From contig CAZOYD010000001.1 of assembly GCA_964583985.1 (NCBI GenBank), positions 133,595-197,594 of the forward strand: DNA of 64,000 bases, given 5' to 3'. The DNA is from an uncultured archaeon (GTDB lineage: Archaea > Asgardarchaeota > Lokiarchaeia > Sigyniarchaeales > SOKP01). The number at the start of each line of letters is the position of its first letter. Positions within the stretch are counted from its first letter, which is position 1. Positions 18,440 to 27,552 of this stretch are shown piece after piece. The notes below the pieces were generated by a model. That model saw nothing but the letters and a program-made list of their open reading frames with translations, was not told where the DNA came from and did no database searches. The position numbers and the translations under genes are program-made.

Positions 18440-18766
18440 TTACTCCTTATTATAACTTACGACATCAGCAATCCACTGTAAATATTGGGTTGAGCCTTTT
18501 GTTATTGGTATCCTTATACATTCGGGATTTTCATAGCTATGTATTTCACGGACCTTTTGAATGACTTGGTTGCTTTTTTCTTCAATTGTTTTTATGATCA
18601 GTAATTGTTCTTTCTCAACATCAATCTGATTTTTCCACCAATATGTAGAAATGATATTTGGTACAAGACTCACGCATGCAGCTAACTTTTCTTCTACTAA
18701 AATTTTGGAGATACTAGTCCCTTCTTCAATATTTGGGACCGTCACAAAAAATACACAATATTTAAT
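18440..18766 (-). CDS. cutA: Divalent-cation tolerance protein CutA; probable ATT start at 18766
   Basis: LVEEKLAACV, STYWW and HSYENPEC; in-frame KYCVFFV precedes the GTG and GGGTGA lies 6 nt before the ATT. Confidence 0.92.
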   Translation of the reverse strand: MKYCVFFVTVPNIEEGTSISKILVEEKLAACVSLVPNIISTYWWKNQIDVEKEQLLIIKTIEEKSNQVIQKVREIHSYENPECIRIPITKGSTQYLQWIADVVSYNKE

Positions 18767-18896
18767 ATTTTTTCACCCTTGATAAGTGCATTGATTTATC
18801 ATTGGTAATGAATGTTTAAATACAAACTTTTTTTTCTAAATAAAAGTTATCTAATCCTAAGAAAAAGCTTCTCAAATCACAAAAAATTCTTGAGAT

Positions 18897-19856
18897 GTGA
18901 ATAAAAAAGTGTTAGATGAATTCTCTATTTCGATACCCGGTCGCATTTGTATATTAGGAGATAAAGTTGATTTACTGGAGAAACCAGTGATTGCAGCAAC
19001 AATCGATTTAATGATGGACTTTAACTTTAAAAAATGTGACGACTCATCTATAACGTTTTATAGTCATAATACTAAAGAAAAAGTACAATTTCAATTAGGA
19101 GATATTCCTCCCCGAAATAATGATCTTTCTTATTGGAGTGTTTTATATGAAAAGTTAAAAAAAAAAATTAATACGGGATATTATTTGGAAGTAAATTCAG
19201 ATATTCCTATTGGTCGAGGTTTATCAACCTCTGCTGCTATATCAGTAGGATTCCTAAGAGTAATGAATTTGGCATATGATTTGGGATTAGGAGATAAAGA
19301 TATCGCTGAGCTTGCTTTCTGGGGAGAAAACCACGAATTAGGAATCCAATGCGGGAGAATGGATCAATATAGCATAGCTTATGGAGGAGTCAGTTTTATC
19401 CATACGGATACTAATACAACAATCGAATCATTAGAAATTAAAGAATTACCAATGGTTATAGGGGATTCTCTTGAAGATAGAAAAGCCAGTTCTATTTTAA
19501 ATAGGATAAAAAATCAAATTAAAAATAAAGATCCTAAGACGATACGTGCATTTAAAATTATTGAAAAATGTGTATATGAAGGAAAAAAAGCATTATTAGA
19601 GGGAAATTTTCAAAAATTAGGATTATTGATGGATACTCAACAAGAACAAGAAGCAATCCTAAGAGCAGAAACTCAAAAAATAAAAGAATTATGTCAAGCT
19701 TCAAAGGATGTGGGAGCATTAGGAGCGAAGCAAATGGGCGCTGGAGGAGGAGGATGTATGATCGCACTATGCCCTGAAAAACAAGAAGAAGTCGCAAAAG
19801 CTATTAGAAATGCGGGTGGAGAAGCTTGGATATTTAAGTTATTTAATTACACATAA
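18897..19856 (+). CDS. GHMP-family sugar/mevalonate-type kinase
   Basis: PGRICILG, PIGRGLSTSAA, GRMDQY and GAGGGG. Confidence 0.88.
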   Translation: MNKKVLDEFSISIPGRICILGDKVDLLEKPVIAATIDLMMDFNFKKCDDSSITFYSHNTKEKVQFQLGDIPPRNNDLSYWSVLYEKLKKKINTGYYLEVNSDIPIGRGLSTSAAISVGFLRVMNLAYDLGLGDKDIAELAFWGENHELGIQCGRMDQYSIAYGGVSFIHTDTNTTIESLEIKELPMVIGDSLEDRKASSILNRIKNQIKNKDPKTIRAFKIIEKCVYEGKKALLEGNFQKLGLLMDTQQEQEAILRAETQKIKELCQASKDVGALGAKQMGAGGGGCMIALCPEKQEEVAKAIRNAGGEAWIFKLFNYT

Positions 19857-19869
19857 AAGGGAATGATTT

Positions 19870-20607
19870 TTGAAGGCAATTATACTTTGCGCTGGACTTG
19901 GAAAACGAATGAAACCTTACACGGATAAATATCAAAAGACGATGTTACCTTTTAATGGCAAACCGATATTAGAGTTCATTATTGAAGGTATAAAAAGAGC
20001 TGGAATTAATGATTTCATCATAGTTGTTGGTTATCGTAAGGAGCAAATTATCGATTATTTTCAAGATGGATATAATTGGGATATAAAAATAGATTATATG
20101 GAGCAAAGGGATTTAAATGGAACAGGTGAAGCCGTTCTTTTATGTGAAACTTTAATTGATAATTCTGTCTTTTTCTTAACATGGGGAGATACACTTGTCT
20201 CATATGAAGTTTATAGAAAAGTAGTTGAACTCTATAGAAATGAAAAACCGGATTTCATTATAGTAGGAAATTTAGTCGATGATCCATATAGAGGTGCTGC
20301 TATATATATAAACGATCAACATTGTTCAGAAATTATTGAAAAACCCCTAAAAGGAACTTCTTCAACGAATGTAAATAATGCAGGGATATTTATTCTTTCT
20401 AAAAAGATATTTGATGTTTTAAAAAATCAAAAGAAATCTGCCAGGGGTGAAATTGAAATACCTGAGACCATAAGATATGGAATAAAGAACCTTGACTGGC
20501 AAGTTCGAGTATTTAAAATGAGTAAAGATCACTTCTATGGGGATTTGGGGGATCTTACTGAATATGAAAAGTTAAAAGATGATAAAAAATGGCTTGAATT
20601 ATTATAA
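19870..20607 (+). CDS. Sugar-phosphate nucleotidyltransferase
   Basis: ILCAGLGKRMKP, LNGTGEA, EKP and RGEIEI. Confidence 0.9.
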   Translation: MKAIILCAGLGKRMKPYTDKYQKTMLPFNGKPILEFIIEGIKRAGINDFIIVVGYRKEQIIDYFQDGYNWDIKIDYMEQRDLNGTGEAVLLCETLIDNSVFFLTWGDTLVSYEVYRKVVELYRNEKPDFIIVGNLVDDPYRGAAIYINDQHCSEIIEKPLKGTSSTNVNNAGIFILSKKIFDVLKNQKKSARGEIEIPETIRYGIKNLDWQVRVFKMSKDHFYGDLGDLTEYEKLKDDKKWLELL

Positions 20608-20708
20608 TCCTTTTTTAATTCAGATTAAATATTTAATAGGAGTTTAAATAATCTAATTTAAATATTAAATCATTCCAAATTCAACGTCTAATAAGATGTT
20701 AAGATTAA

Positions 20709-20873
20709 ATGAATGAAAAAATCTTAAGGGCAATTATTGAAGACACGGGATTAACAAAAAGTGAAATAAGAGAATATATTTTGGGAAAGAAAAGAGAAAT
20801 TGAAGGAATTACTGAGTTTGGTGCATTATTTATAATGTGCAAGGAATTATGTGTTGATTTTATATATCCTTAA
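20709..20873 (+). CDS. 54-aa stand-alone homologue of the N-terminal helical domain of archaeal RPA (not in the ORF track)
   Basis: Translated by hand: MNEKILRAIIEDTGLTKSEIREYILGKKREIEGITEFGALFIMCKELCVDFIYP*. Confidence 0.6.
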   Translation: MNEKILRAIIEDTGLTKSEIREYILGKKREIEGITEFGALFIMCKELCVDFIYP

Positions 20874-21050
20874 ATAAGATGAATATTCAATATTCTCTAT
20901 TCGAATAAAAAAACTTAATTTTTAAGCAATTTTTTTATTTTCGACCATATATTTAATTCAGAAATTATAAATATTGGGAATATTATTAATATTAAAACAA
21001 TAAATTGAAGTCTTGCTTCTGCAGTAAGAGCGATTTAAATCAATTAGGAG

Positions 21051-21785
21051 GTGATTAAAGTTCTTCATAACCTATATCTAATACACCAATATTCAGGAAT
21101 ATGTTTAGTCCATCGAAGTTATGGAAATATAGAATTTAACCAAGATTTGGTTTCGGGTTTTTTAACCGCACTAAAGGATTTTAGCGTTGAATTCTCCAAG
21201 GGATCTGGTGAATTAAAAATCATAGATATGCAGATATTTTACTTGTTATTAGTATTTAAAGAAGGAATTCTCTGCACGGCCGCTGCGGATAAGAATGATG
21301 ATGCAAAAATCACTCATAAATGCTTGAGTGATATAATCGAAAGATTTGTAGGAGAGTATGGTGATAAAATCGTCAATTGGTCAGGCGATGTTCGTATGTT
21401 TAGAGATTTCGAAGCAATCATAGATAAAATATTGCAAAATGGTAAGGTTGCTGAAGTCCCTCTTAAAATTCCAATTTTGAAAATTTATGAAAAAGATTTT
21501 TTAAAAAAAAGCAAAGAGATCTCTAAGAAAGGTTTAGTTGTTTCGGAAGAAGATTTACGCACTGTACAACATCAGAAGCCGGAATGGACTTCAAAAAGGT
21601 TGCCTACTCAAGTTATTACTCAAGGTTTTTTGGATAAAAATGCTTACAAGATTGCGCATTTAGCAGATGGATTTCATACAATTTCAGATATAGCAGAGGA
21701 AGCGGGAATTCCACAAGCTGAGATTGAGGTCATTATTGATGACTTAGATGATTTAGGCTTATTGAAATTTATTGATATCAAATGA
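21051..21785 (+). CDS. Longin-like domain protein with C-terminal winged helix
   Basis: LHNLYLIHQYSGICL...DLVSGFLTAL longin pattern; ADGFHTISDIAEE...LDDLGLLKF HTH. Confidence 0.7.
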   Translation: MIKVLHNLYLIHQYSGICLVHRSYGNIEFNQDLVSGFLTALKDFSVEFSKGSGELKIIDMQIFYLLLVFKEGILCTAAADKNDDAKITHKCLSDIIERFVGEYGDKIVNWSGDVRMFRDFEAIIDKILQNGKVAEVPLKIPILKIYEKDFLKKSKEISKKGLVVSEEDLRTVQHQKPEWTSKRLPTQVITQGFLDKNAYKIAHLADGFHTISDIAEEAGIPQAEIEVIIDDLDDLGLLKFIDIK

Positions 21786-21908
21786 TTATACATTTTGATT
21801 TTTCTACTTTTTTGATACAGAGATATAAAATTCAGTTTTTTTTATAATCATATTCTTCAATTTAATAATCAAAAAATTTATGAAAATGGCAATATTTTTT
21901 CCTTTAGA

Positions 21909-23387
21909 ATGAATGTGAATAAAATTGCTAGTAATGTTTATGAAATTCCCCCTACTACCTTAATGGCGCGTGTGGAAGGAACGATAAGAAAATTTGAGAT
22001 GAGTGTTCCAGTTCACATATATGCTAATGAGTATATCATGGAAAGGATTAAACAAGATAAAACTCTTGATCAAATAAGCAATGTAGCTTGTTTACATGGT
22101 ATTCAAAAACATGCTATTGCTTTATCTGACGCTCATCAAGGTTATGGTTTTTGCATAGGTGGAGTTGCAGGGACCAATGCTGAAGACGGTATGATATCTC
22201 CGGGAGGCGTTGGGTATGATATAAATTGTGGTGTTCGATTACTACGAACGAATTTAATGATGAAAGATGTTAAAAAAAAAATTCCAACATTATTAGACAC
22301 AATTTTTAAGAACATTCCTTCAGGTTTGGGGTCAAAAGGCAAATTAAACATTACTTTTTCAGATTTAGATGATGTCCTAAATAATGGATTAAAATGGGCA
22401 CTTGATAAAGGTTATGCATTAGAAGAGGATATAAAACATTGTGAGGAAAATGGTTTCCTAAAAGAAGCGAATGCAGATTTAGTTTCAGAGAAAGCGAAAC
22501 AAAGAGGAATAAAACAACTAGGATCCTTAGGAAGTGGGAATCATTTTTTAGAAATTCAAAAAGTAGACCAGATCTACAACAAAGAAGTAGCGAATAAATT
22601 AGGAATTTTTGAAGAGAATCAAGTCACGGTGATGGTTCATACCGGTTCGAGAGCTTTAGGTCATCAAGTATGTACCGATTCGTTGAGAACTATAGAAAAA
22701 GCCATGAAAAAATACAAGATTGAGGTTCCAGATAGAGAACTTGCTTGTGTACCTGCTAATACACCAGAAGCTGAAGATTATTTAACCCAAATGGCCTGTG
22801 CTGCAAATTTTGGGTTTAATAATAGGCAATTAATTACACATTGGTTAAGAGAATCGTTTCAATCCCATTTCAAACAGAGTGCAGAGGATTTAGATTTCAC
22901 GCTTATATATGGAGTGGCTCATAATATTCTTAAAATAGAAGAACATGAAGTAGATGGCAAGAGGATGCTATTAAATGTACATAGGAAGGGAGCCACACGT
23001 GCTTTTCCTCCTGGTCATCCAGATTTACCCTCAGATTATAAATATATTGGGCAGCCCGCATTAATCCCAGGTACCATGGGTTCGGCTTCATATCTTTGTG
23101 TTGGTAGACCAAAAGCAATGGATTTCTCATTTGGTTCAACAGCACATGGATCAGGTCGAGTGATGTCGAGATCCAAAGCGAAACGTACATACCTTCCTAA
23201 TATCAGACAATTAACAGATAGTCTTGGAAATAAAGGAATTTCGATAAGAGCGGCTTCAAATGAAGTAGTTGCCGAAGAAGCTCCGGGAGCTTATAAAGAT
23301 ATTGATCAAGTTGTCCAAGTTAGTCATGATCTCGGAATTATTGAAAAAATCGTTCGTTTAGTACCAGTAGGAGTTGTTAAAGGATAA
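21909..23387 (+). CDS. rtcB: tRNA-splicing ligase RtcB
   Basis: DAHQGYGF, GYDINCG, GSGNHF, HTGSR, HRKGAT, HGSGR and EEAPGAYK. Confidence 0.97.
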   Translation: MNVNKIASNVYEIPPTTLMARVEGTIRKFEMSVPVHIYANEYIMERIKQDKTLDQISNVACLHGIQKHAIALSDAHQGYGFCIGGVAGTNAEDGMISPGGVGYDINCGVRLLRTNLMMKDVKKKIPTLLDTIFKNIPSGLGSKGKLNITFSDLDDVLNNGLKWALDKGYALEEDIKHCEENGFLKEANADLVSEKAKQRGIKQLGSLGSGNHFLEIQKVDQIYNKEVANKLGIFEENQVTVMVHTGSRALGHQVCTDSLRTIEKAMKKYKIEVPDRELACVPANTPEAEDYLTQMACAANFGFNNRQLITHWLRESFQSHFKQSAEDLDFTLIYGVAHNILKIEEHEVDGKRMLLNVHRKGATRAFPPGHPDLPSDYKYIGQPALIPGTMGSASYLCVGRPKAMDFSFGSTAHGSGRVMSRSKAKRTYLPNIRQLTDSLGNKGISIRAASNEVVAEEAPGAYKDIDQVVQVSHDLGIIEKIVRLVPVGVVKG

Positions 23388-23825
23388 TTAAATATCAAAA
23401 ACAATATCAATTACGGTAAGATCACTTTTTTCATCTATATTCATATATGAATACGTAATTGCTTTGACTTCTATTCCAATTTCATGACGAAACTTATCAA
23501 ATTTCTCTCCTTTGGCAATTGCAATCAATCTATATTCACTCTCTATTTTTATTACTTTTTTAATGATTATTTGGGAAAAGATTAACCCTTCAACATCAAA
23601 AATATATAAAAATTCAGATAAAAAATTTTCCAATAAAGCTTCCTTATCTTCTGCTTTGATTGTAATTTCTTTTTTCTCTATAATTTGGATTTTCTGCAAA
23701 TCAGGGGAAATAGTTTTCATCAAACTATAGGCAGCTTGTTCAAATGCTTGTTCAATAGAGAATCCATAACAACGAACTTGAACATCAGCAGTGTGATCTA
23801 TGTATTCAAATCCTGGAACTTTCAC
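23388..23825 (-). CDS. Archease
   Basis: EYIDHTAD, EVKAITY and VFDI; abuts rtcB convergently. Confidence 0.95.
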   Translation of the reverse strand: MKVPGFEYIDHTADVQVRCYGFSIEQAFEQAAYSLMKTISPDLQKIQIIEKKEITIKAEDKEALLENFLSEFLYIFDVEGLIFSQIIIKKVIKIESEYRLIAIAKGEKFDKFRHEIGIEVKAITYSYMNIDEKSDLTVIDIVFDI

Positions 23826-23942
23826 TCTCTTTTCATTCTCATTATTGATTTATAAAATTAATGCTTAAATATTATAGGATCGCATATTGTTTATTTTTTT
23901 CTTAGAGGACTTTAAAATGATTGTTGAAAAAATATCTTATAC

Positions 23943-24455
23943 ATGATGGATATAAATTCTATAGACTCTACAGATTCGCTATTAAATCAGAGACTTAATA
24001 TTAAAAAAAAATATTCAAATCAAGAAATACTCCTTCATCATTATTTTTACCAATGTTGTAAAGTGTATCCTAAAAATATCATCTTGATTAGGGATTTCGT
24101 TTTCTTTTTTGTAAATAGTCGTGATTATTTTAAAACGAAACTCTCCTTGCCTCTTATGAGACGACAAATCCAAAATAAAAAGATATTAATAATTCGTGAT
24201 GAAAGTATACTTTTACGACTCCTGTATAACTTCTTTCCCGATCCTTACGTTCATGACATAAGAGTTTATCGAAATGTGTATTCTGGTAAAAAAGATATAA
24301 TAGTTGGTTTTTTAAGTTTTGTAGAAAGGGGGATTGCCATTGGGTGTAAAGGGGAATATATCAAAGCGGTAAATAAATTATTTGAAAATTATATTATTAT
24401 TAATAATGATGATGGTTTTCCAATAAACATAAAATGTGAGGTTGTAGGAATTTAG
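23943..24455 (+). CDS. Divergent archaeal NusA-like KH-domain protein
   Basis: RGIAIGCKGEYIKAVNKL KH motif; first KH repeat degenerate. Confidence 0.55.
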   Translation: MMDINSIDSTDSLLNQRLNIKKKYSNQEILLHHYFYQCCKVYPKNIILIRDFVFFFVNSRDYFKTKLSLPLMRRQIQNKKILIIRDESILLRLLYNFFPDPYVHDIRVYRNVYSGKKDIIVGFLSFVERGIAIGCKGEYIKAVNKLFENYIIINNDDGFPINIKCEVVGI

Positions 24456-24456
24456 A

Positions 24457-25230
24457 TTACCACGGAACATCCTTCCATCCAATAATGTAAGCAAATGTAT
24501 TGGCTATGATACTAATTGAAGGTGTGATAATCATTAGAAAGATGATAAGGTTCAAATCTGGAGCTATATATAAGCCGGGAAAAATGAGAACTGGAATTAA
24601 CGAGAATAAAATTGCTCCCAAGGCGAAATCTAATTGATCAACTATCCAGAATGGCGCTCCGCTAGGGTAATTTAAACGTCTTTTTATAAAGGATCCTGCT
24701 AAATCCCCAAGAGATGCTCCATATGAGACGAATATAATTCTTATCAATAGCATTAAAAGTCCAATTGGAAAGGGACCACCAATAAAATAAAATTCATATA
24801 ATTTTAAATCTGAATACACCTTAAAGATTCCTAGCTGTTCAACCGAAATTGGAATTTGTTGAATTGCTGGCCATAAAACGAGAAAAAGTAAAAAGATACC
24901 AATTGAGATAGGTATTCCGATATAAAGAGGACCTTTAACTAGTCCATTTATAGTTTTGTGATCGCCTAATATTCTTCTTCCATCTTTACAAAATTTTCCA
25001 CGGTCTATTGGTTTTCCGCCACCCACAAATACCATTCCAGCATTAGAAATGTACGCAGGAACAATAAATAACATGCTAAAAACTAAAATTGCTACCCAAT
25101 CTGCCCATGAATAAATTAGTGAAATAACGATAAAATCTAAGAAGATCATCAATCCGCAGGCAAGTGCTAATATTAAAGCGATTCTGACGTGTTTCATTTT
25201 TAAAGGATCGTTATTATCATATTCAGACAT
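24457..25230 (-). CDS. carS: CDP-archaeol synthase
   Basis: PAYISN, PIDRGK..DGRRILGDHKT, GDLAGSFIKRR, DQLDF and KDVPW. Confidence 0.93.
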   Translation of the reverse strand: MSEYDNNDPLKMKHVRIALILALACGLMIFLDFIVISLIYSWADWVAILVFSMLFIVPAYISNAGMVFVGGGKPIDRGKFCKDGRRILGDHKTINGLVKGPLYIGIPISIGIFLLFLVLWPAIQQIPISVEQLGIFKVYSDLKLYEFYFIGGPFPIGLLMLLIRIIFVSYGASLGDLAGSFIKRRLNYPSGAPFWIVDQLDFALGAILFSLIPVLIFPGLYIAPDLNLIIFLMIITPSISIIANTFAYIIGWKDVPW

Positions 25231-25537
25231 TTATACAATCAAGTATAATCAGTAAAATTACAATGGATAATTTTTTATCGAAATTAAATTTTAAGTTTTA
25301 CTTTCCTTTTTAATAGGCGTTTAATAATATTGGTCAACTAATAATGATCTTTTATATTCCCGACAATAATATATTACTTTATTGATTAGGTCGTTGCAAG
25401 ATGGTCTTATTAAATCTTTAATATGATTTTGATCCATAGATTTATATGTATTCATACCTTGCATTGGAAATATGATAATTTCGATTGGAATTTTTTTACT
25501 AATCATCTAAAATATATACATAAAAGGAATGATATGA

Positions 25538-26857
25538 GTGTTGACTAATCCAAATAATAAAGAAAGTTATAATTTTAACATTGATCAATTTTATAAAAAT
25601 TACATTAATGGTCCTAAAATTTTCAGAAATCGGGAAGCACTCGAACCCTCATTCATACCAGATGAATTACCACATAGAGATGCTGAGATTGAACAGATAG
25701 CAGGACTTACTGCGTGTGCATTGAAAGGAGATGTTCCTCCAAATTTCTTATGCTATGGGATGACAGGTACGGGTAAAACGGCTACAATAAGATATGTTAG
25801 TCAGAAGTTAGCACAACATTGTGATTCGAATCCACCTTGGTGGATATATATAAATTGTAATGTTGTTTCAACACCTTATCGAATCTTAGCACATATATAT
25901 AATACTATCTCAGGAAAAGAAAAAATACCTCCTACAGGTTTACCCAAAGATATAATTTTTAAGAAGCTATTAGGTTTACTCGATTTATGCATAAAATCAA
26001 ATGTTTGTTTTCTTGTCTTGGATGAGATAGACATTCTTATTGAAAAGAAGGGGGGGAATGAAATTCTTTATGATCTGACCAGATTGAATGAAAATTTAGA
26101 TGTTTGTAGAGCTAACGTCATTGGAATTTCAAATAAATTGAAATTTAAAGAATATTTAGATCCACGAGTAAAATCTAGTTTGGGACAAGAAGAATTGGTA
26201 TTTCATCCATATAATGCAAATGAATTATCAGATATTCTCGAGAACCGAGCGAAAGTTGCATTTCAGGAGGGTATTATCAATGAAGGAGTGATAAAATTAT
26301 GTGCGGGCTTAGCTGCTAAGGAACATGGTGATTCGCGTAAAGCTCTTCAATTATTAAGAAAAGCAGGAGAAAATTCAGAGAGAAATCAGAGAGCATTCAT
26401 CTCTGAATCTGATGTAAACAAAGCTCAACAAGATATCGAGAAAGATAATGTGGTTGAATATATTTTAGGGATGCCCTTACAATCTCAATTAACACTCACC
26501 GCCATTTACTTAATGAGAAAGTTTTCAAAAGAAACTATAATCACTTCAGGTGATATATATGAAATCCACTTAGAACTAACAAATAAGCTAACCAATACAA
26601 AATTATTAACTAAAAGAAGAATATCAGATTACATAAATGAACTTGCCTTAGCAGGTATTATCACAGCCACTACAAGATCGATGGGTCATTATGGAAGAAC
26701 TAAAATTATTACATTAGACATAGATATCTCATTGATAGAAAAAGTATTGACTCAAGTAAAACATATATCTATGGCTGATTTGTTAAATTATAAGCCGATA
26801 TTATTACAAACTGATAAAGTGAGGATCAAAAATAACGTTTTTAAAAAGTTAGTTTAA
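25538..26857 (+). CDS. cdc6: Orc1/Cdc6 replication initiator
   Basis: LPHRD, GMTGTGKT, YINC, LDEID, LDPRVKSSL and HGDSRKA; C-terminal wHTH. Confidence 0.96.
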   Translation: MLTNPNNKESYNFNIDQFYKNYINGPKIFRNREALEPSFIPDELPHRDAEIEQIAGLTACALKGDVPPNFLCYGMTGTGKTATIRYVSQKLAQHCDSNPPWWIYINCNVVSTPYRILAHIYNTISGKEKIPPTGLPKDIIFKKLLGLLDLCIKSNVCFLVLDEIDILIEKKGGNEILYDLTRLNENLDVCRANVIGISNKLKFKEYLDPRVKSSLGQEELVFHPYNANELSDILENRAKVAFQEGIINEGVIKLCAGLAAKEHGDSRKALQLLRKAGENSERNQRAFISESDVNKAQQDIEKDNVVEYILGMPLQSQLTLTAIYLMRKFSKETIITSGDIYEIHLELTNKLTNTKLLTKRRISDYINELALAGIITATTRSMGHYGRTKIITLDIDISLIEKVLTQVKHISMADLLNYKPILLQTDKVRIKNNVFKKLV

Positions 26858-27540
26858 CTAATAAATTGCCAGTTATTAATATCATTTCCAATTTCTTTTA
26901 GGAAATAAATAACTAAAGATTCATCTTGTTCCTTTAAAAGTAAAAATAATCTAGCCAAATGCTTGCAAAATTTTTTAGATTTGATTTTTTTTGTTTGAAA
27001 ATCAAAACAATCATGTTTTAATGTTTTTAGCTTAATATTTATCTCGATGGTGTAATGATTTTCTTGAGATCCTTTTACAGTAGCTTTTAGCATTCCAGTT
27101 TTATCATCAAATTTGAGAATTTTTATATCAGAATGCAATATAGAAGCAGATCTTCCCGCTGTAATCTCATCCACGAATATTTTAAATAGATCTTTAAATT
27201 GATTAGAATCTTTTAGTAGATTTCTTTTTTCAAATTTTAAATCTTTAATCTTTTCAGAGGAGGTTATTCTTTCAGATATTTCTTCTTTTCGTTTTAATTG
27301 CCACGTAGTTAATTCTTGATTTAATTCCCTTGATAATTTGAGATTATCTCCATCTGAGATTACAAAATTTTTAGAGATTGCAGTTTCAACAAATTCTTTT
27401 GCCTCTTTTGGTTCAAATAAAAATAATTCAAATGAAAGTCTAAAAAGGAGATCATTTAATGATATTGAAGATAATCCAATGATTTTCCAGATATATATTA
27501 TCATATCTGAAAGATTTTTACGGGGAATTGTTAAATCCAT
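26854..27540 (-). CDS. Hypothetical protein with C-terminal SWIM-type zinc finger
   Basis: VKGS...YTIEI...HDCFDF...FCKHL. Confidence 0.7.
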   Translation of the reverse strand: MDLTIPRKNLSDMIIYIWKIIGLSSISLNDLLFRLSFELFLFEPKEAKEFVETAISKNFVISDGDNLKLSRELNQELTTWQLKRKEEISERITSSEKIKDLKFEKRNLLKDSNQFKDLFKIFVDEITAGRSASILHSDIKILKFDDKTGMLKATVKGSQENHYTIEINIKLKTLKHDCFDFQTKKIKSKKFCKHLARLFLLLKEQDESLVIYFLKEIGNDINNWQFIS

Positions 27541-27552
27541 AATAAATCTTAA

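Noticed and set aside
25231-25537. Replication origin next to cdc6 (also considered 29308-29577 between DP1 and DP2)
   Set aside because: AT-rich, but no recognisable ORB/mini-ORB repeats with a G-string; only short repeats (CATCTCAT, TTATTAAAGAA) expected at this base composition
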